From Trueperaceae bacterium (GTDB lineage Bacteria; Deinococcota; Deinococci; Deinococcales; Trueperaceae), in contig OZ243956.1 in the NCBI GenBank assembly GCA_965214405.1, positions 3,328,001 through 3,392,000 of the forward strand: DNA of 64,000 nt. Direction: 5' to 3'. Below are positions 33,856 to 43,648 of this stretch, piece by piece. A program made the translations under genes and the position numbers. Positions within the stretch are counted from its first letter, which is position 1, and every line of letters begins with the position of its first letter. Under the pieces are notes generated by a model. That model did no database searches and was not told where the DNA came from. It saw nothing but the letters and a program-made list of their open reading frames with translations.

Positions 33856-34667
33856 TGGCCCACCTGGTGCTCGTCCCGACGCCCATCGGCAACCTTGGCG
33901 ACATCACGTTGCGGGCATTAGACGTTCTCAAGGCTGCCGACGTGGTCGCCGCCGAGGACACCCGGCACAGCGGCAAGCTCTTGGCGCATTTCGGCATAGA
34001 CAAGCCGCTCGTGCGTTTGGACGCGCACACGATTGAGGCGAGGGGCGAGAGCGTCCTGCGCGACCATGCGCTCGTTGCTTTCGTGACCGACGCGGGCACG
34101 CCGGGCGTGTCGGACCCTGGGGCGGAACTCGTGACGCTCGCCCTGGCGCGCGGCGACACCGTCGAGGTGCTGCCGGGTGCCGCTGCCTTTGTGCCCGCGC
34201 TGGTGCTCTCTGGCCTGCCGCTCGCCTGCTTTGGGTTCGAGGGCTTTTTGCCCCGCAAAGGGAGCGCGCGCCGTGAACGGCTTAACGGAATTGCTCAAAG
34301 TGAACGGACGCTTGCGCTTTACGAGTCGCCGCAACGTCTCCAACAAACTTTAGAGAACTTGGCAGAGGCTTGTGGTTCAGAAAGGCGCGCCAGCGTGAGC
34401 CGCGAACTCTCTAAGCGCTTCGAGGAGACGCGGCGCGGTACGCTGGCCGACCTCTGCGAAGCGTTCAAAGGGGAGGAGGTACGCGGCGAGATCGTCATCG
34501 TTGTGGGTCCCGCTGAAAAGGTTGAAGAAACAGATTTCACAGAGACCGCCAAAAGGCTTGCCGCCGAAGGTCTCGACAAGCGCGCCCTGCGTGGGGCGCT
34601 CGTCGCGCTCGGCGCGCCCCGCAACCTCGCCTACGAACTCTCCTTAGCGGAGACTGCAAAGGATTAG
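33855..34667 (+). CDS. rsmI: 16S rRNA C1402 2'-O-methyltransferase
   Basis: PTPIGNLGDITLRAL, AEDTR, DAGTPGVSDPG, YESP.R, RELSKRFEE. Confidence 0.95.
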   Translation: MAHLVLVPTPIGNLGDITLRALDVLKAADVVAAEDTRHSGKLLAHFGIDKPLVRLDAHTIEARGESVLRDHALVAFVTDAGTPGVSDPGAELVTLALARGDTVEVLPGAAAFVPALVLSGLPLACFGFEGFLPRKGSARRERLNGIAQSERTLALYESPQRLQQTLENLAEACGSERRASVSRELSKRFEETRRGTLADLCEAFKGEEVRGEIVIVVGPAEKVEETDFTETAKRLAAEGLDKRALRGALVALGAPRNLAYELSLAETAKD

Positions 34668-34691
34668 CCCGACGCGGTTTACAATGGGTTC

Positions 34692-37600
34692 TTGGTGTTC
34701 CTTATGTCCCAGACCGTATCCCAAACTGTAAAGACTCGTTCCACACGCCTTTTAGGGCTCCCCGCCGCCGCGCGCTTGGCGTTATTCGCCCGCCACAAAG
34801 GCCCCGCCGTCCTCGTTACCACCGAGGAGCGCGCGGCGCTTTTTCGGGACACGGGATTTTTTGGCGCGCCGAGCAGCGTCAACCCCGACTTGAGTGATTG
34901 GAATGACAAGCATGACAAGGTGGTCGTGAACGTCGCGCACGCGCTGCGGCCCTTTCCCAAGGACCCCGGTGCTTATGCGCTGACCCTGCAAACGGGCCGG
35001 GACTATCCGCGCGAAGCGTTCTTAGACCGTCTCGTCTCTTTCGGCTTTGAGCGTGACGGGATGCCCGGTTTTGTGGTGCGGGGGGATACCATCACGCTCT
35101 ATCTGGACGCTGAGGACGAGACGGACGCGGTTAGGCTCGAGTTCTTCGGCGACGAACTCGACGCTTTAGAGCGGAACGGGAAGCGCGCCCAGAGTTTTGT
35201 GCTTGCGCCCTTAGAAAACGCACCCCTAGAAGAGGAAGGCTGGGAGGGTGTGCTGCTCGAAAATCTCCCCGGCACCGTCTTTTTAGACTCTTCCGAACTC
35301 CTGCCCGCCGAATTCGACAACCCCGCGCGGGTTGAATGGCTTTGGGACTATCTAGAGGAGCGCGAGGTGGTGTCGTTTGGCCGGGACCCGTTGGAGCTGC
35401 CCGAAGAAATAAGCGATTTGCAGCCGCTGCCCTACTACCGCGCCAAGCTCTCGGATTTTGCCGCCGATGTCGAGGGTTGGCTCAAAGACGGGTACAGCGT
35501 GACGGTGCTCTTGCGCTTTGAACGCACCGGGCGCTACTTGCGTGACAAGATTTTGGGCGATGTGTCAAGTGAGTGGGTGCAGGGGGTGAGGGAGCATCCG
35601 GGCGTGCTCGGTCTCGCGGTGGGGGCGGACACTCGGGGCGGCTACCGCGACGAAGCGCGGCGCGAAATCGTCGTGTCCGAAGATCTGCTCTACGGCTACC
35701 AGGGCGCGCGCAAGCTCAAGAGGCTGCCGGGTCGGCAAGTGGGCGACGCCACCGCGCTCACCGTCGGCGATTATCTTATCCACCCGGACCACGGGGTGGG
35801 GCGATTTCTGGGGCTCGAGCCCCGGCAAGTGATCGGCGTGACGCGCGACTACCTCAAGCTCCAGTACGCGGGCGAGGGCAAACTCTACTTGCCCGTCGAG
35901 GGGCTGCCCCTGCTGCGCCGCCACCCCGGCACCACCGACGACCCGCCCCGGCTCTCGACCCTGGGCACGAACGAGTGGGCGAGGGCGAGAGAAAAAGCCC
36001 GCGTCAACGCGCAGGAGCTGGCGGGCAAACTTATCAAAACCTACGCCGAAAGGCAGGTCAAGGAGGGCGTCGCCATGCCCGCGCTGCCCGACTGGGACGC
36101 GCGTATCGAGGCGAACTGCCCCTTCACCCTCACCACCGACCAGCGGCGCGCGGTTGAAGTCACGCTGCGCGACATGGCGAAACCTACCCCGATGGACCGC
36201 CTCGTCTCCGGCGACGTGGGCTTCGGCAAAACGGAGGTCGCCATTCGCGCCGCCCACCGCGCCGTGGGCCACGGCAAACAGGTCGCCATGCTCGTGCCCA
36301 CCACCGTGCTCGCGCATCAGCATTTTGAGACCTTTGCGGAACGCTTTAAGGGTTTGCCCGTGCGCGTCGAGACGCTCTCGCGTTTTTCTTCGGACAATGA
36401 TGCGAAAGCTGTCTTGAAGGGCCTCAAGGACGGAAGTGTGGACATCGTCGTGGGCACGCACCGTCTGCTGAGTGAGGGGGTGAAATTCAAGGATTTGGGG
36501 CTCTTGATTATCGACGAGGAGCACCGCTTCGGCGTGGGTCAAAAAGAGCGGATGAAGGGGCTCAAGACGAACCTCGACGTGCTCTCGCTCTCCGCCACGC
36601 CCATCCCGAGGACGCTCTACATGAGCTTGGTGGGTCTGCGCGACGTGTCGCAAATCATGACGCCGCCCGCGGGCCGCAAGCCCATCCAGACGGTCTTGCA
36701 GCCCTACGACCCGCTCGCGGTGCGCGAGGCCATTATGGCCGAGTTGGAGCGCGGCGGCAAGACGTTTTATATTCACGACCGCATCGGCTCGATGGGCTCT
36801 CGCGCGCTGGCGCTCAACCGCCTCGTCCCGGAGGCGCGCGTCGGCGTGGCGCACGGGGGGATGAGCGGGGACGAGCTCGAGGAGGTCATGCTCGGCTTTG
36901 AGGAGGGCGCGTTTGACGTGCTCCTAAGCACCACCATCGTCGAGTCGGGTCTCGACATCGCGGGGGCCAACACGCTCGTGATTGAGCGCGCCGACCGTCT
37001 GGGCTTGGCGCAGCTCTACCAGTTGCGGGGCCGCGTGGGCCGCCGCGATACCGAGGCGTGGGCGTATCTGCTCTATCCGGGCCGCCTCACCGAGGCGGCG
37101 CAGCGGCGGCTTTACGCCATCGCCGAACTCAACGACCTGGGCTCGGGTCACCTCTTGGCCGAAAAAGACATGGAAATCCGCGGCGTCGGCAACCTTCTGG
37201 GGCCGGAGCAGCACGGGCACATCAGCGCGGTGTCGCTGGAGGTTTACACCGAACTCTTGGCCGAAGAAATCGCCAAGCTCAAAGGCGAAACGCGCGCCGA
37301 GCAGCCGCAGGTCGCGCTCGACCTCAGCATCGACGCGCGCCTAAGCCCCTCCTACATCGCCGACGACGCCGCGCGTATTCGCTACTATGGCTGCCTGGCG
37401 GAGGCGGACACGCTGGCGGAAGTGGGCCAAAACGCTCGAGAGATGAGCGAGCTCTTCGGCCCTATGCCTCCCGAAGTCAGAGCTTTCGTCGAACTCGTTA
37501 AGCTCCGCCTGTTGGCCGCGCAAAAGGGCGTCGTGACGATTGCCGAGCACATGACCGACATCCAGATTTCGTTCGCCCAAGAAAAGATTGACTACGACGC

Positions 37601-37733
37601 CAAGGCCCTGAGGGAACTCTCCTACACCGTCGAGCCGACGCGCTACCCACCGGGCTTCTCGCTCAAAAAACGGGGTCTCAAGGGAATGGACGCGCTTGCG
37701 GCGCTGAGCGAAATCCTCTATCTCTGCGGCTAG
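34692..37733 (+). CDS. mfd: Transcription-repair coupling factor
   Basis: CarD-like RID (HPDHGVGRF), [38 protein letters not shown] motif, TRCF C-terminus. Confidence 0.96.
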   Translation: MVFLMSQTVSQTVKTRSTRLLGLPAAARLALFARHKGPAVLVTTEERAALFRDTGFFGAPSSVNPDLSDWNDKHDKVVVNVAHALRPFPKDPGAYALTLQTGRDYPREAFLDRLVSFGFERDGMPGFVVRGDTITLYLDAEDETDAVRLEFFGDELDALERNGKRAQSFVLAPLENAPLEEEGWEGVLLENLPGTVFLDSSELLPAEFDNPARVEWLWDYLEEREVVSFGRDPLELPEEISDLQPLPYYRAKLSDFAADVEGWLKDGYSVTVLLRFERTGRYLRDKILGDVSSEWVQGVREHPGVLGLAVGADTRGGYRDEARREIVVSEDLLYGYQGARKLKRLPGRQVGDATALTVGDYLIHPDHGVGRFLGLEPRQVIGVTRDYLKLQYAGEGKLYLPVEGLPLLRRHPGTTDDPPRLSTLGTNEWARAREKARVNAQELAGKLIKTYAERQVKEGVAMPALPDWDARIEANCPFTLTTDQRRAVEVTLRDMAKPTPMDRLVSGDVGFGKTEVAIRAAHRAVGHGKQVAMLVPTTVLAHQHFETFAERFKGLPVRVETLSRFSSDNDAKAVLKGLKDGSVDIVVGTHRLLSEGVKFKDLGLLIIDEEHRFGVGQKERMKGLKTNLDVLSLSATPIPRTLYMSLVGLRDVSQIMTPPAGRKPIQTVLQPYDPLAVREAIMAELERGGKTFYIHDRIGSMGSRALALNRLVPEARVGVAHGGMSGDELEEVMLGFEEGAFDVLLSTTIVESGLDIAGANTLVIERADRLGLAQLYQLRGRVGRRDTEAWAYLLYPGRLTEAAQRRLYAIAELNDLGSGHLLAEKDMEIRGVGNLLGPEQHGHISAVSLEVYTELLAEEIAKLKGETRAEQPQVALDLSIDARLSPSYIADDAARIRYYGCLAEADTLAEVGQNAREMSELFGPMPPEVRAFVELVKLRLLAAQKGVVTIAEHMTDIQISFAQEKIDYDAKALRELSYTVEPTRYPPGFSLKKRGLKGMDALAALSEILYLCG

Positions 37734-37771
37734 TGATTTTTGAAAATTCTGAGATGAGTGGAGAAGCGTGG

Positions 37772-37825
37772 TGATGTTGGGCTCGAGCCCTGTGATGAAC
37801 TGACTCGAGCCCAACATCATTTTCT
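37772..37825 (+). terminator. 16-bp-stem hairpin/terminator after mfd, built from two CTCGAG motifs
   Basis: TGATGTTGGGCTCGAG (37772-37787) ... CTCGAGCCCAACATCA (37804-37819), then TTTTCT. Confidence 0.7.
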
Positions 37826-37839
37826 GTCTCCTCAAGGTT

Positions 37840-37966
37840 CGATACTTCGGACAGGTTTTGACGCAAAATCTAATTTATTTCGTCTATGACGCTAACCCTC
37901 TGAGCAGAAGTCATAATAAGGAACAACGTCCCTGACGCGTTTTCTACACAAGTGTCCGAAGTATTG
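37840..37966. mobile_element. MITE / non-autonomous IS remnant, 127 bp
   Basis: 14-bp terminal inverted repeats CGATACTTCGGACA / TGTCCGAAGTATTG (1 mismatch), flanked by a 6-bp direct repeat AAGGTT (37834-37839, 37967-37972). AT-rich interior. Confidence 0.8.
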
Positions 37967-37980
37967 AAGGTTATTAAAGC

Positions 37981-39018
37981 CTAAAATCTGTCAATCACCG
38001 TCACTCCGCGCCCCTTAAATTCACCCATCGCGGCGAGTTCCGCGCCCGCCTGCTCGAGCCCCACCGTCTTGCCGATGAGCTTGGCGGGCTCGAGCACCCC
38101 CGAGACGATCATCCGCAGCATCTCCTCGTAGCGGTGCGCCTGCATCCCGTGCGAGCCGACAATTTCTAGCTCCTTGGCGATAACTTCAAACATCGGCATC
38201 GAGACGTTGCGCTCCTCGGCCAGCATCAGCCCAATCTGCACGTGACGCCCGCGCTTGCGCAGGGAGCGAATCGAGTTGCGGCAGGTGAGGGCGCTGCCGA
38301 GTGCGTCAATTGACACGTGCGCGCCGCCGTTTGTCAAGTCGCGGACGGCCTTGACGGGATTCTGTTCGCGCGCGTTCACCACAGCGGTTGCGCCGATAGA
38401 AAGGGCGAGCTCGAGCGCCCCCTCGTCGATATCCACCCCAATGGGCTGCGCCCCGAGCGCGCTCGCTATCATTATGGCCGACAGCCCCACTCCGCCGCAG
38501 CCGTGGACCGCCAGCCACTCGCCCGGCCCCACCCGGCCCTGGTCCGCCACGCCCCGAAACGCGGTCATAAAGCGGCAGCCCAAGCTCGCCGCCTCGACAA
38601 AGCCTAACGCGTCGGGCAAACGCACCAGGTTGATGTCCGCTCTCGGGATGGCGACGTACTGCGCGAACGAGCCCCAGCCCGTGAACCCCGGCTGATAATC
38701 GTCGTCGCAGATGTGCTGGTTGCCCTCCTGACACGGCCCGCAGACGCCGCAGCCGCCGCAAAAGGGCACCGTGACGCGCTCGCCCCCCGCCCAGTTCACC
38801 ACGCGCGGCCCCACCGCCGCCACCACGCCCGCGAGCTCGTGCCCCGGCACGTGCGGTAATTTTATCGTCGGATCGTGACCCATCCAGGCGTGCCAATCCG
38901 AACGGCAGATGCCGTTGGCCCGCACCTCGATGACGACGCCGTCCTCGGGTGGCTCGGGGTCGGGGACGGGGGTTACGCGCAGGGGTTCCTTAAAAGCTCC
39001 CATAAGCGCCGCTTTCAT
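37981..39018 (-). CDS. Zinc-dependent alcohol dehydrogenase (MDR family)
   Basis: GICRSDWH, GHELAG, CGVCGPC...C, GCGGVG. Confidence 0.92.
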   Translation of the reverse strand: MKAALMGAFKEPLRVTPVPDPEPPEDGVVIEVRANGICRSDWHAWMGHDPTIKLPHVPGHELAGVVAAVGPRVVNWAGGERVTVPFCGGCGVCGPCQEGNQHICDDDYQPGFTGWGSFAQYVAIPRADINLVRLPDALGFVEAASLGCRFMTAFRGVADQGRVGPGEWLAVHGCGGVGLSAIMIASALGAQPIGVDIDEGALELALSIGATAVVNAREQNPVKAVRDLTNGGAHVSIDALGSALTCRNSIRSLRKRGRHVQIGLMLAEERNVSMPMFEVIAKELEIVGSHGMQAHRYEEMLRMIVSGVLEPAKLIGKTVGLEQAGAELAAMGEFKGRGVTVIDRF

Positions 39019-39343
39019 GCTTACACTCCTTTCGACACTCTCTACCAGTGTGACACGGCCCCTGAAACGGCGGCCTCATACGAGTTTGCATTCATTACTG
39101 AGCAGGCGAAACCCCGCCCGCTCATCCATTACTGCAAACCCGTCTCCTTTTTCACTCGCTCTGCTCGTCCTTAACTTCTTCGCTGCGCTCAGTCGTCAAG
39201 GCAAAATGGTATCAGGTGTCGCCAGCAACCGCCCGTCCAACCTGCGAGCGGTGAACGACGTGCCCAAAGGAGGTGGGCGGAACGGGGTGGGTCGGCGCGC
39301 TTTACCCCCTCCTTCAGCGTCTCTTATGAGATAGACTAAGCCT

Positions 39344-39739
39344 ATGACCGCCAACGAAAGCGCCTTTTATGAGGCCTGGAACACGCTGCTAGGCTGGATG
39401 CGCGAGTACGCAGACGCGCATTCGGGGGCTATCTTTGAAAAAGAAGCCGACTTTCCCGACTATATTTACCGGATGGAGCGACCCTACAGCCTGCCGACAA
39501 CCATCATGAGCGCGAGTCTGTCCAATCCGGCGGGCGACCCCGTTTTGCTCATGAGCGCCTCGCCGCGCCACGCTGTTTTCAAGGAGGTGACGCTGCATCC
39601 TTTCGAGTCGCACGTCTACCGCAAACTCGCCTATCATCCGGCCAAGAATGCGCTCACCGAGGGCAAGCGCCCCTTTACCAAAGAGATGCTGTTCGAGCTT
39701 GCCGACGGCCTTTTCGAAAATCGCGCCGTCGCTGAGTAG
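39344..39739 (+). CDS. nqo15: NADH-quinone oxidoreductase subunit 15 (frataxin-like)
   Basis: YEAW..LL.WMREYA...FEKEADFPDYIYRMERPY.LPTTIM.ASLS...SPRHA closely matches Thermus Nqo15 as recalled. Confidence 0.9.
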   Translation: MTANESAFYEAWNTLLGWMREYADAHSGAIFEKEADFPDYIYRMERPYSLPTTIMSASLSNPAGDPVLLMSASPRHAVFKEVTLHPFESHVYRKLAYHPAKNALTEGKRPFTKEMLFELADGLFENRAVAE

Positions 39740-39962
39740 ACGCGGCCTGGATCGCGTGCCGGACGGAGACCGCGCGGCCTTGCTCCGCGCTGCCAGAGGC
39801 GGCTTCTGCGGAGCGTGTGCTTACGCCAGGCTCGTCAGGAGCAGTAAGGGGAGCGTGTTCGTTATGTGTACGCATCCCGACTTGCCCAAGTACCAGGGCC
39901 AGCCGGTCCTGCGCTGCGCGGGCTTTACGAAAGGTGCCCCACATCGCGGGCATACAACATGA
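39732..39962 (+). CDS. Small four-cysteine protein (start uncertain, 39732 or 39756)
   Basis: GFCGACAYAR...GSVFVMC...PKY..QPVLRCAGF. Abuts nqo15. Confidence 0.6.
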   Translation: MSRRGLDRVPDGDRAALLRAARGGFCGACAYARLVRSSKGSVFVMCTHPDLPKYQGQPVLRCAGFTKGAPHRGHTT

Positions 39963-40270
39963 CCTTTGCGTCCTGGACAAGTTTTCTCAAAGGCTATAGA
40001 AAAGGCTATAAATAAGATTACAGATAATATGGACCACCGCCGTTTTGTGAGGTCGGGGTCCTCTCGAGGTGCGCGCCGTTGTTCTTGTTACACCGACTAT
40101 GCTGAGTAAGATGAGGTGTAGCAGGTATAGTCTAACGGGCACGCGTACCCACGGGCACCAATCATCCCTATGGGCAAGGTTCGGTTTACATATGACCGTT
40201 CAGGATGTAGTTACGGTGATGACACCTACTACACTCCCAAAAGTCTCAAAAAGGTCATACTTAACGTACG

Positions 40271-40813
40271 ATGTCTCACTCCACCCTCGACACCTCCCCC
40301 ACACACGACCTGGGCACGTTGACGTTGCGGCGAACTCGTGAAGAAGTCGCGTCGGAAGTTGTGCTCGTCGCGCCGAGCTGGTTTACGCGCGCGGTTTGGC
40401 TCTTCGGCGGCGCGGGCTGCCTCGTTTTTTTGTGGTCGGTCGCGCTGAGTTTGGGCTGGCTCGAGGCGAGCGCGGCGCGCGTCACCCCCCTCCGCGCGCC
40501 CCTTGTCGCCGAACTCTTTTTTTGGCTCCTGCCGCTCCTTTTGTCGCTCCTGTGTTTTGCGATGGCCGCGGGCGGGGTGCGGGTCACGCTGTTTGACGAG
40601 GGGCTCGAGCTGCGCGGCTTGTGGCCGAGCCGAGAACGCTCGGTCTACGTCTGGAGCAGACTCCGTCACGCCCGCTTTTGGGAAGAACGGACCAGGAGCC
40701 GCGAACGGCTCTTTGTGGCGCGGTTTTCTTTTGAAGGAGCGGAGGTTGTGTTCCGCCTTGCCGACGAGGGCGTGTGGGGGGGGTTGCGCGAGCGGTTTCG
40801 CGCTAGGATTTAA
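40271..40813 (+). CDS. Hypothetical membrane protein (two TM helices plus a beta-rich, PH-like domain)
   Basis: Two hydrophobic helices, then RVTLFDEGLEL...YVWS. Confidence 0.55.
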   Translation: MSHSTLDTSPTHDLGTLTLRRTREEVASEVVLVAPSWFTRAVWLFGGAGCLVFLWSVALSLGWLEASAARVTPLRAPLVAELFFWLLPLLLSLLCFAMAAGGVRVTLFDEGLELRGLWPSRERSVYVWSRLRHARFWEERTRSRERLFVARFSFEGAEVVFRLADEGVWGGLRERFRARI

Positions 40814-40903
40814 CAGGATGGGGTGTAACAAGGTGGGGTGTAACGAGCTGGGTCACGCCAACGCTTAGAGATTCATCCCCCCGAACGCGGGCTATACTCC
40901 CTT

Positions 40904-41590
40904 ATGAAAACGGGCATTATCGGCGCGATGGAAGAGGAAATAGAAAAGCTCACGGCGGGGCTCGAAGACGTTCAAGAGGCGCGCGTGGGCGCGTTCGTAT
41001 TTTACGAGGGGCGGCTCGAGGGCCAGCCTGTGGCGGTGGTGCGTAGCGGCGTCGGCAAGGTTAACGCGGCGGTGACGACGTTGCTCTTGCTCCAGCGGGA
41101 GGTGGGGCGGGTGATTTTCGTGGGCGTCGCGGGCGCGCTCGACCCCGCGCTCAACGTCGGCGACGTCGTGGTGAGCACCGACGCGGTGCAGCACGACGTG
41201 GACGCGACCGCGCTCGGCTACGCGCTGGGCGAGGTGCCCGGCGAACTTCCTACGTGGGAGGCGGACGAGAGGTTGCGTGATGTGGCGTTGGAGGCGGCAG
41301 CGGAATTAGGCGGCGTGGGCGTGGTGGCGGGCCGGGTGGCGTCGGGTGACCAGTTTATTGCCTCAGCGGACAAAGTCGCCGCGCTCCGGGCGCAGTACGG
41401 GGCCGCCTGCGCCGAGATGGAGGGCGCGAGCGCCGCGCAGGTCTGCGCGAAGTGGGGCGTGCCCTTTGTGATTGTGCGCAGCATCAGCGATACGGCGGAC
41501 GGGGCGGCGGGGGCGGACTTTAGGACGTTTACGCCCCTCGCGGCCGAGCGCGCGGAGCGGGTGGTGCGGACGATGTTGCGGCGTCTTTGA
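40904..41590 (+). CDS. mtnN: 5'-methylthioadenosine/S-adenosylhomocysteine nucleosidase
   Basis: GIIGAMEEE, SGVGKVNAA, SGDQFI, EMEGAS, RSISDTA. Confidence 0.95.
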   Translation: MKTGIIGAMEEEIEKLTAGLEDVQEARVGAFVFYEGRLEGQPVAVVRSGVGKVNAAVTTLLLLQREVGRVIFVGVAGALDPALNVGDVVVSTDAVQHDVDATALGYALGEVPGELPTWEADERLRDVALEAAAELGGVGVVAGRVASGDQFIASADKVAALRAQYGAACAEMEGASAAQVCAKWGVPFVIVRSISDTADGAAGADFRTFTPLAAERAERVVRTMLRRL

Positions 41591-41767
41591 AATAAACCCC
41601 CAGAGGGTGCGCGTCCGATATAGTAGCAGGTATTATCTGGTTTGAGACAAACTTAGTGAAGCAGACATCGTCCAGCGCTCACTCTTTAAGATACCACCTG
41701 CGGCTGTTTGTCTCAGCGTTTTGTGGAGCTGCTATATGTTTTGCGTTCTTGAAGCGCCTACTTGAAT

Positions 41768-42199
41768 TCACGCACCTTCCGTGGGACCGCCTATACCGTC
41801 TACGTCCGCTGATACATCCTTTGCCCAATGGTCGGGTAAAAGTTGTTCAATGGTGGACACGCGGTCACCGCTGAGCAGCACCCGCGTTTCGGCGTTCGCA
41901 GGGTTCATTTGGTAAATAAACTCTCGGCAACGCCCGCAGGGCGGAAGTATCCGGCCCTCCCAGTTCACCGCCACAATCGTCACTATCTTACTTTCACCGT
42001 TCGTCACCATGTTTCCGATGGCGTTATGTTCCGCGCAGAATCCCATGCTGGAACTCGTATCGATGCAAACACCCACATAGACGTTGCCTTGCTCGGTAAC
42101 GAGGGCGCTGGCAACCCCACCGGCGTCTGCCAGGGAAGAAAGTTTTCTCGGGTTAAGTGTGTTCTTGGCTCTTTGATAGAGCTCGATATCCTCAATCAT
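41768..42199 (-). CDS. Cytidine deaminase-family protein
   Basis: FCAEHNAI and PPCGRCRE zinc motifs. Lower GC than its neighbours. Confidence 0.88.
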   Translation of the reverse strand: MIEDIELYQRAKNTLNPRKLSSLADAGGVASALVTEQGNVYVGVCIDTSSSMGFCAEHNAIGNMVTNGESKIVTIVAVNWEGRILPPCGRCREFIYQMNPANAETRVLLSGDRVSTIEQLLPDHWAKDVSADVDGIGGPTEGA

Positions 42200-42469
42200 G
42201 TGCTCACATCATACGCCACCGAAAATGTCTACATGTACAGCGTGGGAACGTCGAACCGCGCCCTTATGGCAGGTTGCCTTCGCACTGAGGGCGCTCGAGC
42301 ACAGGCAGCATCCCTAAACTTTCTGCTGCACGATATACAAACTGTGTTCCCTTCGAAAAGGACGCTACCTGCTGTCAGTAGCGCCAGTCACCGCGCGCAC
42401 CAAAACGGTTTTTGAAAATGGCGCGCAGTTTGTGATGCGCGGGCGCTTCAAAGGTATACTCACCCCCAG

Positions 42470-42606
42470 CAGGGGAGTAGCCACCCGAAGAGGGGTTGCG
42501 TATCGTCAACACGGCGTCCTCTGGAGGTATCACCTAAACGCTTATCTGATGATTTGAACATGATACCTCCAGGAAATCCCGGTACGCAAAAACAGCGTGA
42601 GACCTG
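42470..42606 (+). ncRNA. yybP-ykoY (Mn2+) riboswitch
   Basis: CAGGGGAGTAG ... TTGCGTATCGTCAACAC ... CCGGTACGCAA ... GAGACCTG, directly upstream of a TerC/Alx gene. TATACT -10 box just before. Confidence 0.85.
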
Positions 42607-42662
42607 ACGGCAGGCTACACAGCAGGCTTTACAGCAGGCTGCGTGGCCTGATCGGGAGGCTT

Positions 42663-43616
42663 ATGGACGTACCGTTGAGTTTTTGGATCGGCTTTAACCT
42701 GTTCGTGCTGGCGATGTTGGCGCTCGATTTAGGTGTGTTCAACCGCAAGGCGCACGTGGTCACGATCAAAGAGGCGGGGGCCTGGACCGCGGTCTGGGTC
42801 TCGCTGGCGCTTCTCTTTAACGTGGGGCTTTACGTTGTGGCGGGGCCGCAGGCGGGGCTCGAGTTTTTAACGGGCTACCTCATCGAGTATTCGCTCTCGG
42901 TCGACAATATTTTCGTTTTCGTGCTTATTTTTTCGGCCTTTGCGGTGCCGCCCAAGTACCAGCACCGCGTGCTCTTCTGGGGCATTTTGGGCGCGCTGGT
43001 CATGCGCGGCGCGATGATCGCGCTCGGCGTGGTCTTGATTAACCGCTTTCACTGGATTATCTACGGCTTCGGCGCTTTTTTGGTGTTCGCGGGCATCCGG
43101 ATGTTTTTTAGTGACGAAGAGGACACGGTGGACCTAGAGAACAACATCATCCTCCGTTTCGTCCGGCGGCTTTTCCCCGTGACCGACGGCTACCGCGAGC
43201 AAAAATTCGTGGTCCGCGAGGCGGGACGTCGCATGATTACGCCCTTGCTTTTGGTGCTCATCCTTATCGAGGTCACCGACGTAATATTTGCCGTCGACAG
43301 CATCCCCGCGATTTTCGCCATTACCCAGGACCCCTTTATCGTCTACACGAGCAACATCTTCGCCATCCTGGGCCTTCGCAGCCTCTACTTTTTGCTGGCC
43401 GGAATTATTGACCGCTTCGTCTACTTACGTTACGGGCTGGCGGTGGTGCTCACCTTTGTGGGGGTGAAGATGCTCCTGGTTGACGTGTTTCACATCCCCA
43501 CCGTCGTGAGCTTGGGCGTGATCGTGGGCACGCTGGCGGTAAGTATCATTACGTCGCTCATGAGCAGCCGTCACGTTGAAACGCCCGATATTCCAGAAGC
43601 GCCTGGGGACGACTAA
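42663..43616 (+). CDS. TerC/Alx-family Mn-related membrane protein
   Basis: LALDLG, GYLIEYSLSVDNIFVF, DVIFAVDSIPA, YTSNIFAILGLRSLYF. Confidence 0.93.
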   Translation: MDVPLSFWIGFNLFVLAMLALDLGVFNRKAHVVTIKEAGAWTAVWVSLALLFNVGLYVVAGPQAGLEFLTGYLIEYSLSVDNIFVFVLIFSAFAVPPKYQHRVLFWGILGALVMRGAMIALGVVLINRFHWIIYGFGAFLVFAGIRMFFSDEEDTVDLENNIILRFVRRLFPVTDGYREQKFVVREAGRRMITPLLLVLILIEVTDVIFAVDSIPAIFAITQDPFIVYTSNIFAILGLRSLYFLLAGIIDRFVYLRYGLAVVLTFVGVKMLLVDVFHIPTVVSLGVIVGTLAVSIITSLMSSRHVETPDIPEAPGDD

Positions 43617-43648
43617 GCTATACTGTTTCTATCCCAAGAGGAGGTTTT

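Noticed and set aside
35565..36854. Long antisense ORFs (429 aa opposite mfd; also 24633-25448, 32322-33143, 54076-54948)
   Set aside because: Shadow ORFs of GC-rich genes with no recognisable motifs.
39214..39305. SRP RNA or 6S RNA assignment
   Set aside because: It lacks the SRP domain IV motif (CAGG...GGAA...AGCAG) and is short for 6S. Kept only as an unassigned candidate.
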